Shown: positions 9,573-18,986, counted from the stretch's first letter. The stretch: 64,000 nucleotides of DNA from an uncultured archaeon (GCA_964508365.1 CAZDTP010000012.1:9573-73572); one strand, 5' to 3'. Notes: generated by a model from the letters alone, not told the origin. Numbers and translations are program-made.

Positions 9573-11030
9573 TTAGTTTTTATTAGATAGTGTACAATAC
9601 AACGCAAAAACGAAGTAAGCTCCCATAGGAATCAATAGAATCCAAAATTCGCTTGGCAAGAAAATTTCGACTTGAAGAATCATCGAGATAAAGCTTATAA
9701 TTAGAAAGCCCGTCCATATACTTAATATACGTGTATTTAGTGGTCTTTTAATGACAAAATGGTATATTATCGCAGCGATTGCATAAAGTATAATCACCAT
9801 AAGCGGTATTGGAATCCAGAGTCCTTGTAACCAGAAGGTTAAAAACAACCCGCAAGGAAATAGAATGAAAAAATTGAGGTAATATAATATCCTTCTTGTT
9901 AAATCTTCTTGATGATCAATTTTATACCAGATTATTCCTAACCAAATAAATAGAATCCATGCAGTTACTAAATCGATTAGATCAAAAGGATCGAATGGAA
10001 CATCCATTCCATAGTGAGTCCCCCAGTAAGCCGTGATCATCGCATATCCCAATATCTGGGTGAGCAAAATGTGATATGTCGATTTTCCGATTAAAGAAAT
10101 TGTTCTCGAGATTTTTGCATTAGATGTATTGCGTAAATAGTTAAGTGCAAGCAAGACTAGGAATGCGGAGTACGGAAAGACCAAAAAATGATAGTCTCCT
10201 CTTAGGAGAGGTGTGCCATTAAGCCTGAATCGAAAGTCAAAAAATTGATAAGCAATTAGGTATACCAAGCTAATTGGAAATAATATCCACATGAAGCAAT
10301 TTCTTTTTTCAGTAAGCTTATGACCAAAAGAAAACCACATTCCCAAACCTACTGCAGAAAGATAAAATAAGACGCTATTCATGAACAAGCTTAAGTAATG
10401 TGCTTCTTCCCAAGTTGTTATATCACCTATAATGAAAAAAACAGTAATTTGCAGTACAATTTCCACGACAAAGGTTAAAATTAACGTTATTACTGGTTTT
10501 TTAGTAAAACCCCAATATAGTAATGGTACGACGAGAATTGATTGCAATAAAACGGGGATGAACCAATTACCCGGTCCCCAAAAAGGCAGTATCAAATAAA
10601 ACAGGTTAATAATTCCGTGTTCTGGGGAATATTGAGTATCATACATTGCTATAAAATCGAATCCATACATAAATAAACCAATAAATGTTGATGCGGCATA
10701 CAGAATAAGAAAAGGGACAATATAGCGTAAGATTTTCTTCTTAAAATAACTCCAAGAATATAATTGTTTTAATGATAAATCACCTTGTCCTCTAAAAGAA
10801 TGCCCCATATTAAATCCAAGTATTACTAAAAAAACGGGTATGGAAATTCTTTCCCAGAGAGCGACCCCAATATCACTTTTGATGTTCCAAGAAACCATGT
10901 GATCAAAAATGACCAGAAATATCATTACCGCTTTTAGAAAATCAATCTGAAAGAAAGGGGTTCGTTCTTCAAATCCTCTTGAAGAGGATAGTTCTTCTTG
11001 CTCAGCACTCTGAAATTTGAGATCATTCAT
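9573..11030 (-). CDS. Acyltransferase 3 family (OafA-like) membrane protein
   Basis: QIDFLKAVMIFLVIFDH, IPVFLVILGF, ILRYIVPF, WFIPVL, GKSTYHILLTQ; many TM helices. Confidence 0.85.
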   Translation of the reverse strand: MNDLKFQSAEQEELSSSRGFEERTPFFQIDFLKAVMIFLVIFDHMVSWNIKSDIGVALWERISIPVFLVILGFNMGHSFRGQGDLSLKQLYSWSYFKKKILRYIVPFLILYAASTFIGLFMYGFDFIAMYDTQYSPEHGIINLFYLILPFWGPGNWFIPVLLQSILVVPLLYWGFTKKPVITLILTFVVEIVLQITVFFIIGDITTWEEAHYLSLFMNSVLFYLSAVGLGMWFSFGHKLTEKRNCFMWILFPISLVYLIAYQFFDFRFRLNGTPLLRGDYHFLVFPYSAFLVLLALNYLRNTSNAKISRTISLIGKSTYHILLTQILGYAMITAYWGTHYGMDVPFDPFDLIDLVTAWILFIWLGIIWYKIDHQEDLTRRILYYLNFFILFPCGLFLTFWLQGLWIPIPLMVIILYAIAAIIYHFVIKRPLNTRILSIWTGFLIISFISMILQVEIFLPSEFWILLIPMGAYFVFALYCTLSNKN

Positions 11031-11181
11031 CCTTTACATCATTAATTTTTCATTAGAAATTTTGTTAGAAATTTTATAATAACTTTTAACTACACCTAAT
11101 TATTAACACTAAAGGAGTCCGATTTTTAGAATTTAAGAATATTTTAAAAAAAAAAAGATTGGATAAAAAATTAAATTGTTC

Positions 11182-11514
11182 TTAATAGATTCCAGCCGAA
11201 CTTGAAGGAATCAAAAGAATGTCGTCGCCATTATGAAGATGATAATCACTTAATTGGTCAGCCTCGTCCATCGTAACACCACCAGAACTGAGGTGAAATT
11301 CGTCGGGATCAAGCCCGAATAGATTTCCAAGGGTTCTTTTTACATCACTCACCCGATTAGAGTCATTCACGGTCAACTTTTCCTTCTTTTCTCCCGGTCC
11401 TATAGTTGACATGAAGTAAAGGGTCGACTTTTTACCTGTAGACGGTGTCTTGGAAGCAGGAGTTTTTGATTTAACGGGTTCATATTCATCATCTAAATCT
11501 TCTTCAAAACTCAT
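11182..11514 (-). CDS. Ubiquitin-like (beta-grasp) protein with acidic N-terminal extension
   Basis: KLTVNDSNRVSDVKRTLGNLFGLDPDEFHL...QLSDYHLHNGDDILLIP pattern; ends SSSAG-IY. Confidence 0.75.
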   Translation of the reverse strand: MSFEEDLDDEYEPVKSKTPASKTPSTGKKSTLYFMSTIGPGEKKEKLTVNDSNRVSDVKRTLGNLFGLDPDEFHLSSGGVTMDEADQLSDYHLHNGDDILLIPSSSAGIY

Positions 11515-11683
11515 TCATATCACTCATTATTTTATTTTGAGATTAATTCTATAGCGTTTGCTAACTAATATAAAACCCTTTGGAATGATTTTGAAGTATT
11601 TAACAAAAGTCTGTTATTAGCCTGGAATATTTTTAGCTATGAACTCTATTAAATCTTAAAAAAAATAAAAAAAAAAGGAAAGA

Positions 11684-13102
11684 TTAGAGCCCTAATTCTT
11701 TCAACCGATTTTTATTGGTTAAGGCTTGTTCTTTAGTTATCTTGTAAGTAAAGTAAATAATTAATGTGGCAAAAATATTTATCACCAAAGGAATTAAAGA
11801 CATTTGAAGATTGAGCCCTTGTTTCACGACAGGATCAGTAGCAGGAATAATACTGGCATCAAAACCAGTAATCGCTCCTACAATGGTAAATAATGCTACT
11901 TGGAAGAAATATGTAAAAGCAGTAAAAACGCGTAATATTCCTAAGAAAGATCCTTCTTCACGCTTATTTGTATTGACAACAGTATTGTCAATCGCTTCTG
12001 CTCTTGCGAGAGTTGCAATAACGCCAAAATTTGCAGCCGTAGGAATCCCAGCAATTGAAGTTACGAGGAATAACCCCTCAAAACTGGTAACAAAGAAAAA
12101 CATTACATAAATGAATGTGTGTAAGGTTAAACTTATCAGATATGTTTTTCTGATGCCAATTTTCTTTGCAAACGTAGTCCATATCGGAGCAAATATAACG
12201 GTTAACACACCATATCCTAAACTTGGTAATGCACCATATTCAATTGGCAAATTCAAATAATATATGATAAAATAATTCATGCCATAAAGCATGCAAGCTC
12301 CTGCAGTCCCCCATAATAGAAATGAGAATATTAAACCGACCCATACTTTATCTTTAAACATTTTTTTTAGAACTTCCTTAAATGGAGAAGAGGTTCTTCC
12401 TGTTCGGTCTAATTCTGCTCTGAATTCTTTCCTTGCTTTACTTTCACGTATGCTTCTTATGTATGGAATAAATATCAAATATGCTATAATGACGAAGATA
12501 ATAGTTCTTATTAAGTATGCCGGTTGGTTTAAAGCACCTCCAAAAATCGCTAGTAATATCGGGGAAATGACTGAAAAACTAATTGTTACTAAACCCCCAA
12601 TCACAGCTCCATAAGCACTAGCTTTTCTTCGAGAAGAGTCTTCTCGGAATAAATCAGGATATAGTGAAACGTGATTTACTTCGAGGAGTGTTAGGAAACT
12701 TTCGTAAATTACCATCATAATTATTAACCATATAGCATTCGTTACTACGGCTGATATATCTGCAACTTGAACAAAGGATAAGATTAAGAATATTGGTCCT
12801 ATCAGTCCTCCAACTAGTATCCATAAAAAACGCTTACCAAATCTGGCAGTAAATTTTTTTGATCTATCAGCAAAATATCCAATAATTGGGTCATTAAAAG
12901 CATCTACGAGAGAATAAACCAAAAAAATGAGAGTTACGATAATTTGAGGAATAAATAGCACAGAAGTCGCATAAAACTGCAGATTTCCCCACATCATGAA
13001 TAATAGAGTCGTTACAGGTGCTTGCAGCGAAAAACCAATGACTTTTTTAATTGATATTTCTCCAAATCGTGTATCTGGTAAATCATCTGACATATAGTTC
13101 AC
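11684..13102 (-). CDS. MFS transporter, GPH (Na+/melibiose symporter-like) family
   Basis: VDAFNDPIIGYFADRS..FG.RF motif, 12 TM, C-terminal ITKE. Confidence 0.88.
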   Translation of the reverse strand: MNYMSDDLPDTRFGEISIKKVIGFSLQAPVTTLLFMMWGNLQFYATSVLFIPQIIVTLIFLVYSLVDAFNDPIIGYFADRSKKFTARFGKRFLWILVGGLIGPIFLILSFVQVADISAVVTNAIWLIIMMVIYESFLTLLEVNHVSLYPDLFREDSSRRKASAYGAVIGGLVTISFSVISPILLAIFGGALNQPAYLIRTIIFVIIAYLIFIPYIRSIRESKARKEFRAELDRTGRTSSPFKEVLKKMFKDKVWVGLIFSFLLWGTAGACMLYGMNYFIIYYLNLPIEYGALPSLGYGVLTVIFAPIWTTFAKKIGIRKTYLISLTLHTFIYVMFFFVTSFEGLFLVTSIAGIPTAANFGVIATLARAEAIDNTVVNTNKREEGSFLGILRVFTAFTYFFQVALFTIVGAITGFDASIIPATDPVVKQGLNLQMSLIPLVINIFATLIIYFTYKITKEQALTNKNRLKELGL

Positions 13103-13214
13103 TTTTTAAATATTTAAAATATTTTTTAGTTAAAAATTAGATAAACTAATATATAAAGTTTAAATTTCCAGAAAGTTTTAAATGAAAGAATTCTATTGGA
13201 ATTAACTTTTGGTT

Positions 13215-13367
13215 TTAATCAGGGATATGTATTGAATGATCTTCTTTGATATAATATAGAAAGATCTTAGTCTTAGCCTCCTCAACTCCAGGCATATTAC
13301 GGCGTTTTTCAATAAGATTCATAGAATCATGATGATTTAGATATTTTGCCATAGAGAATATTGGATA
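13215..13367 (-). pseudogene. Decayed remnant of the lrp/asnC 3' end (older copy)
   Basis: Reads YPIFSMAKYLNHHDSMNLIEKRRNMPGVEEAKTKIFLYYIKEDHSIHIPD*; 33/50 aa and about 67% nt identical to the end of 18501..18986; no 5' part. Confidence 0.85.
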
Positions 13368-13513
13368 TTATAAAGATACGATAATTTTAAAAAAAATATA
13401 TCGAGTGTTAAACATTTGGTTTTATTGATTAAAATGATTCACCTATATTACTAATTTCAACAAAAAGACTCCTTCTTTAAGAAATTTTCTTAGCCATATA
13501 AGGTAATTTTACC

Positions 13514-14446
13514 TTACAATGGAAAATAAAGTTTAGATAATGGATGATCCTCAGAATCGAATTTGTTTTTAAAGTTCATTTTTGAGTTTCTACGTATCAT
13601 TGCGTCCACTATCGCAGTTGAAGGAAATATATACTCTGCTTTTTCTAAAGTGCCATAAATAATGAAATCAGTACCCATAGCTAATGCTAAAGAAACCCCA
13701 GCCGCTTCACAAGCTCCTTTAAAATTTCCCTTGAAAATCTCATTTTTAATACACCATCTCCCTATTACTCCCACTGGAGCTGTTCCCGTAGGTAACCCAA
13801 ATTCTTCCTTTAATCTATAAATATTTCTTGAAGCGACCCCTATAGTGGGAATTTCAAACACACTAGTGAAGAGTAGCAATTTTTTTAAGCCAGCTCTTTG
13901 AGCTTTTTCGATTAAACCCTCCTCTTTATCCTTTCCTTTAAGTATATCGATTAAACCTGCAATTCGGGGATTTCTTGGATTAAATGATTGAATTATCGCG
14001 GATTCAACATTACATTCTAAGATGCCATTAAGTTCTTCTTCTGTAAGTGTGTAATTAATTGAGGTGTAGATCGCTCTATTATTTAAACCAATTTCCCTAA
14101 TAAATTTCATTAGGTTTATTCTTATTTCCGAAGAAACAGCATTCAATAAAAATGGGTCCGTTGATATTTCTGCAACAAATTGGACATATTTCTGGAGAGC
14201 GAGTTCACTTGTTCCGGCTATATCGAGCATACATGGATTTCCAGATTGATCGGAGAGTTCCTTTTGCATATATATTAACTCTTCAGTTTTTTTCTTATCA
14301 AATAAACCTTTCTTCTCATCTTTTACCTTTTTATCTCCTTGATGAAATATACTCCCAATCAATACGGTGGGATTTTCTCCAACTGTTCCTCCAAGTTTAA
14401 TTCCGTCTATATCTAACACTTGCTGTTCTTTTCTAAAATTTATCAT
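13514..14446 (-). CDS. mtrH: MtrH-family methyltransferase (methylcorrinoid:pterin methyltransferase)
   Basis: FRKEQQVLDIDGIKLGG..GENPTVLIGSIFH.G, NRAIYTSIN, KEEFGLPTG.AP, GTDFIIYG. Confidence 0.85.
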   Translation of the reverse strand: MINFRKEQQVLDIDGIKLGGTVGENPTVLIGSIFHQGDKKVKDEKKGLFDKKKTEELIYMQKELSDQSGNPCMLDIAGTSELALQKYVQFVAEISTDPFLLNAVSSEIRINLMKFIREIGLNNRAIYTSINYTLTEEELNGILECNVESAIIQSFNPRNPRIAGLIDILKGKDKEEGLIEKAQRAGLKKLLLFTSVFEIPTIGVASRNIYRLKEEFGLPTGTAPVGVIGRWCIKNEIFKGNFKGACEAAGVSLALAMGTDFIIYGTLEKAEYIFPSTAIVDAMIRRNSKMNFKNKFDSEDHPLSKLYFPL

Positions 14447-14545
14447 TTTACTGACCTAATACGAAATTGTAATTTCAAATATAAAAATATCATAATATTA
14501 ATTAATTTTATTCAATCCTTTGAATATCTATTGATATGATCGGAA

Positions 14546-14836
14546 TTAAGTTTTAAAGTCTATAATTCTCGAGCCGTGAAATAATCTTACTATTTGAATT
14601 TTTTTTCCTAAAATTCTATAAATGATACGATAATTTCTTAAGATTAATTTTCGAATATTAGGTTCATCGAGCTCGGGCATTATTTTTCCCATTTTCGGAA
14701 ACTAAATTAAATTTTCAACTTTCTCACGTACTTGTTCATAAAACGAAAGAGCATATTCAAGTGAGTCTTGAACAATATTATCAATAATCTCAATCAAATC
14801 ATTTTCTGCTTTTAATGACCATTCTATTTCAGCCAT
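14546..14836 (-). pseudogene. ParE/RelE-family toxin with in-frame TAG at codon 45
   Basis: MAEIEWSLKAENDLIEIIDNIVQDSLEYALSFYEQVREKVENLI*FPKMGKIMPELDEPNIRKLILRNYRIIYRILGKKIQIVRLFHGSR...; start overlaps antitoxin stop; not in ORF track. Confidence 0.88.
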
Positions 14837-15024
14837 TGTTCCAATCTCTTTTTAGCATTTTCCATGACTTGTTCGTGAGGAAGTACTCTACTTTGCTCAA
14901 TATCTTCAATACCGGAGATGATCTTTTTTTTTACATAAAGATGATACATAATATCATCAATTTTAGCATTTTCTGGCAATTTTTTTATCAATTCTATAAT
15001 CTCTTCCTTAAGATTAGAAGTCAT
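14824..15024 (-). CDS. Putative antitoxin partner of the ParE-like toxin
   Basis: 66 aa, IELIKKLPENAKIDDIMYHLYV..KI..GIEDIEQ.RV.PHE; 13-nt overlap with toxin start. Confidence 0.75.
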   Translation of the reverse strand: MTSNLKEEIIELIKKLPENAKIDDIMYHLYVKKKIISGIEDIEQSRVLPHEQVMENAKKRLEQWLK

Positions 15025-15125
15025 AGTTTCTCACTATCTAAATAACTATTTTCCCTTTTATAATTTCTCTAAAGCTGAATAGGTTCATTAAATTGAACTC
15101 AAACTCTACAAATTACCAAACTATA

Positions 15126-15296
15126 TTAGGATTTTTGCTCTGGAATTATAATCGTGTGATCTTCTTTTATGCTATCCAAGACCAATTGAGTTTTTACCTC
15201 CTCTACTTCTGGAAGATTACGAAGGTTCTCGATAAGATTCATTCAATCATTGTGATCTAAACATTTAGCCATTATAAATATGGGATAATCTCCCGT
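15126..15296 (-). pseudogene. Remnant of the lrp/asnC 3' end (younger copy)
   Basis: 57 codons colinear with 18501-18671; 25 nt differences: 23 synonymous, one TCA>TGA nonsense, one R>S. Confidence 0.92.
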
Positions 15297-15450
15297 GAGT
15301 AAAAAAGATAGTTAAAGTTGTTAATGTTAACAGTACTATAGATTTTTATCCCCCTGATTTAGGAATGAAGATATAAAAGTCATCATAAAATGAAAAAAAA
15401 AATAAAGAAGTTATTATGGACTGAGTTGTTGCTCCATGAAGAATCAAAGT

Positions 15451-18189
15451 TTATTCCGTCCTTTTTTTTAAAAAGAACATTATTACTGCGATAATGATCA
15501 GGGAAACCACGCTAACCAAACTGATTATCAAGCCGAGCATAAAGACAGGATCTAAAGCACCATCTTGCGGTATTTTTCCGGGATAATCGTTCGGATTCAG
15601 GGGATCGGTTCCTGATGCCAGCTCAATACCATCATAGTGCCCATCATCGTCCGAATCGTCATCGAGTGGATCCGTGCCGTACTTGATTTCAAACGCATCA
15701 TTCAGGTTATCTAAATCGGTATCAATCATCGTTGGGTCGGTTCCATGGCTGAGTTCATCGAGATCATCAAGCCCGTCATAATCGCAATCTCCAATGGTTA
15801 TACCTAATAAATCAATGACCGCTTGGATGGCATCAATATCACCTGTAAGGGTGTCATTAATTTGACTTAAATAAACCTCATTTTGCTGGGCCAACGCAAG
15901 AACGGTCTGAATGAGAGTGGCATTTCCTTCCACGTAGGAAATGATATCCATTAACTGGGTGGCATTTCCTTTGATATAGGTGAAGAGGAGATTGATTTCG
16001 CTATTAGCCTCTCCAAGCCACCCGATCACTTGCTGTAGTAGCGTGGCATTCTGCTTTAACTGAAAAATGATGTTATCAAGTAGAGTGGTATTTCCTTCTG
16101 TCCATTCAATCAAGTTTTGGATTAAAGTCCAGTTCCCAGCCAAGTCTGTTACCACATCCATGAGGATCGTCGCATTTCCTTCAAGGTATGTGAAGAGTAG
16201 GTCAATCTCGTCATTGGCATCTCCAAGCCAACCGATCACTTGTTGAAGTAAAGTGGCATTTTGCTCTAACTGATATATAATGGTATCGATGAGACTTGCA
16301 TTTCCATTGGTCCAATCTATTACTTTTTGGAGAAGCGTCCAGTTGCCTTCTAGATATAGCATGAGAGCATCAAAATCGTTCTTCCAAATCTTCGGAAAAT
16401 CATCGGAATTTGTCGCACTGCTGCCATACTCAAGTTCATAGCCATCTAAGAAATTATCACCATCAGTATCTACTGAAAAAGGATTAGTGCCCAATAATAA
16501 TTCAATGCTATCCAGTAATCCATCCCCGTCCCAATCAAAGTCTTCGGGAGAAATAAAAAAGTTTTCAAAAATGTAGTTATCAGTTGTATTACCTTCAAAT
16601 TCTTTATCATTATCCCATATCCAATTTCTATAGAGAATATTATGTTCTGAATCTTGAAAATCCACAGCAATTTGATTATTGGCTAAAATATTTCTAGTTA
16701 TGGTACTATAATTGCTGTATTCCAAGAAAATACCTTTATCCCCATTCGAACTGCAATTATTCTCCAAAACCGTGTTATATTCTGAAGTATATAAGTAAAT
16801 GCCATGCTCTCCATTCGAAGTGCAGTCATTATTCGAGAACATGTTATAATTACTCGACGAATAGAAACAAATCCCGTAACATCCAATTGAGGAGCAATTA
16901 TTCCTTGAGATCGTATTATTGTTAGATGAGTATGCGGAAATCCCGTGATCTTTTGAAGAACAGTTGTTCCCCGAAATCTTATTGTTGTCCGAGAGAATTA
17001 ATCTAATCCCGACATTATTATTCGAAGTACAGTCATTTTTCGAAACCGTATTATAATTACTCGAGGAATACATATGAATCCCACAAATTTCGTTTGAAGT
17101 ACAATCGTTTCCCGAAACCGTGTTATTGTTCGAAGAATCTAAGTAAATTCCTTCATCATTCGAAGTGCATATGTTCTCTGAGATCGTGTTATTACTCGAG
17201 GAATGAACATAAATTCCCTGATAATTCGAGGAGCAGTTATTCTCCGAGATCATGTTATTATTACTCGACAGGGGGTAAATTCCCCTGTAATTCGAAGAGC
17301 AGTTATTTCTCGAGACTTCGTTATCGCTCGCGCTTTGAAAGAGAATACCATTTTCACTATTTGATGAGCAAGTGTTCATTGAGATCTCGTTATTGGTCGA
17401 CCCATCTACTGCAATCCCAGTATGTCCATTCAAGGAGAATATGTTCCTTGAGATCGTGTTATTGCTGGATCCAGATACCACGATTCCCCAATTCAAATTC
17501 AAGGAGCAGTTGTTCCCCAATATGTATATTTTATTCGAGGTATATACATAAATTGCATGACTATCATTCGAAGTGCATTTGTTCTCTGAGATCGTGTTAT
17601 TGCTCGAAGATTGTAATAAAATCCCAACACTATTTGAAGTGCATGTGTTCTCTGAGATCGTATTATCATAGCTTGAATTCCTCAGATAAATTCCTAAGTA
17701 ATTCGATGAGCAGTTATTTCCCGAGATCACTATATTAGTCGAAGCTTGCAAGTAAATCCCATCTTGATTATCATGAATGGTATTATTATAGATTATAGCA
17801 TTTCTACTATTTTGTAGATGAATTCCCGCATCATAAATATCCGTTCCAGAGTTGAAAAGCGTGCAGTTTTTAATTACAAAATATACCGTTGTTCCAGAAA
17901 TATATAAACACGATCCCATCCCTTCCGCGTCAATCGTCCAGTTGGCGATGATATACGGATCATTCTCCGATCCATCTCCCCCTACAACACCGTTTTCAGT
18001 GGTAAATCCAGAATTGCTCGAGATTAGTATGGGAGCGTGGGTAAGACCACTGATTTTCAGATTGCGATTAAAAGGCAAGGAGTAAGTATCTATAGTTTCT
18101 CTTGTAATATCATTCCCAAAGTCCCAGATGAAGGTAAGTAAACCGAAAAAGATTAATCCACCGAGTAAAATGATTTTCATTTTTTTCAT
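15451..18189 (-). CDS. Cell-surface adhesin-like protein: beta-helix head, TSP3-like Ca-binding repeats, 14-residue-repeat stalk, C-terminal TM anchor
   Basis: NNTISENxCxSN units; DTDGD..LDGYE...GTDP...D repeats; GNATLL 14-mers; TM plus KKR. Confidence 0.88.
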   Translation of the reverse strand: MKKMKIILLGGLIFFGLLTFIWDFGNDITRETIDTYSLPFNRNLKISGLTHAPILISSNSGFTTENGVVGGDGSENDPYIIANWTIDAEGMGSCLYISGTTVYFVIKNCTLFNSGTDIYDAGIHLQNSRNAIIYNNTIHDNQDGIYLQASTNIVISGNNCSSNYLGIYLRNSSYDNTISENTCTSNSVGILLQSSSNNTISENKCTSNDSHAIYVYTSNKIYILGNNCSLNLNWGIVVSGSSNNTISRNIFSLNGHTGIAVDGSTNNEISMNTCSSNSENGILFQSASDNEVSRNNCSSNYRGIYPLSSNNNMISENNCSSNYQGIYVHSSSNNTISENICTSNDEGIYLDSSNNNTVSGNDCTSNEICGIHMYSSSNYNTVSKNDCTSNNNVGIRLILSDNNKISGNNCSSKDHGISAYSSNNNTISRNNCSSIGCYGICFYSSSNYNMFSNNDCTSNGEHGIYLYTSEYNTVLENNCSSNGDKGIFLEYSNYSTITRNILANNQIAVDFQDSEHNILYRNWIWDNDKEFEGNTTDNYIFENFFISPEDFDWDGDGLLDSIELLLGTNPFSVDTDGDNFLDGYELEYGSSATNSDDFPKIWKNDFDALMLYLEGNWTLLQKVIDWTNGNASLIDTIIYQLEQNATLLQQVIGWLGDANDEIDLLFTYLEGNATILMDVVTDLAGNWTLIQNLIEWTEGNTTLLDNIIFQLKQNATLLQQVIGWLGEANSEINLLFTYIKGNATQLMDIISYVEGNATLIQTVLALAQQNEVYLSQINDTLTGDIDAIQAVIDLLGITIGDCDYDGLDDLDELSHGTDPTMIDTDLDNLNDAFEIKYGTDPLDDDSDDDGHYDGIELASGTDPLNPNDYPGKIPQDGALDPVFMLGLIISLVSVVSLIIIAVIMFFLKKRTE

Positions 18190-18500
18190 TTTTTCATCTC
18201 ATTTTTCCATTGTTGTTTAATTTTCTAATTCTTGAGAAGAATTATTCTTACATACTATTTAACTTCTTGAGGAAATCAAAATTCATTACGGGTAATGTAA
18301 ATGTTAAAAAAAGACAGATCAGAAATGTTTTTGCATATTTCTTCCTTAAGAGATTAATTAGTTTAATTTTTAGCACCAGTTAATTGTTTGATTTTTGTCA
18401 AAAAATCTAAATGAAATTAAGAAAGTATTGTATATAAATAGTAACTAATCTTACTTTGACAATCAAGACTGCAAATTATCTATTAAAATTTAGATGTGAT

Positions 18501-18986
18501 TTATGATTTTTGCTCAGGAATGATTATAGTGTGGTCTTCTTTAATTCTATCCAAGACAAGTTGAGTCTTTACTTCTTCTACTTCTGGAAGATTGCGAAGA
18601 TTTTCTATAAGATTCATTGAATCATTATGGTCTAAGCATTTAGCCATAATAAAGATAGGATAGTCTCCCGTAATAATATAAGCGTATTTAATTTGATTCA
18701 TTCGTTCGATTTCTTCTTTAATTTGCTCAAGAGGTCGCCTTGAATTAACTCTGAGCGATGCCATCACCATTTCACGATATCCTAATTTTCGACAATCAAT
18801 GATAGCCATGTATTTTTTAATTAGAGTTTCTTCTAATTTTTGAATTCTAGTTCGAATAGCTGTTTGACTCATATCTGTCTTTTCAGCTACTTCCCGAATG
18901 GTCATTTTACCATCTTCTTGTAATAATTCTAAAATTCGTTTATCAACATTATCTATGTTACCATTTGTCAAGCTTACTGATACCAT
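18501..18986 (-). CDS. Lrp/AsnC family transcriptional regulator, divergent from the tusA-dsr-hdr operon
   Basis: DNVDKRILELLQEDGKMTIREVAEKTDMSQTAIRTRIQKLE HTH; ITGDYP in the C-terminal RAM domain. Confidence 0.92.
   Translation of the reverse strand: MVSVSLTNGNIDNVDKRILELLQEDGKMTIREVAEKTDMSQTAIRTRIQKLEETLIKKYMAIIDCRKLGYREMVMASLRVNSRRPLEQIKEEIERMNQIKYAYIITGDYPIFIMAKCLDHNDSMNLIENLRNLPEVEEVKTQLVLDRIKEDHTIIIPEQKS

Noticed and set aside
14702-14704. Pyrrolysine or genome-wide TAG recoding
   Set aside because: TAG ends clearly complete genes here (hdrB, antitoxin, sagB); no pyl genes are in the window; the other in-frame TAG is in an obvious fragment.
15243-15245. In-frame TGA in the lrp remnant as selenocysteine (Lokiarchaeia use Sec)
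   Set aside because: It aligns to Ser (TCA) in the intact gene, not to Cys, and lies in a 5'-truncated fragment.
17094-17738. 214-aa plus-strand ORF, and the other short antisense ORFs in the track (e.g. 3334..3609, 12291..12614, 21522..22007, 44684..45157, 61977..63122)
   Set aside because: They are shadows on the opposite strand or another frame of well-supported genes, with no recognisable motifs.
16700-17760. CRISPR-like periodic repeats
   Set aside because: The 66-69 bp periodicity is the coding repeat of the beta-helix; units are imperfect, in frame, and no cas genes are present.
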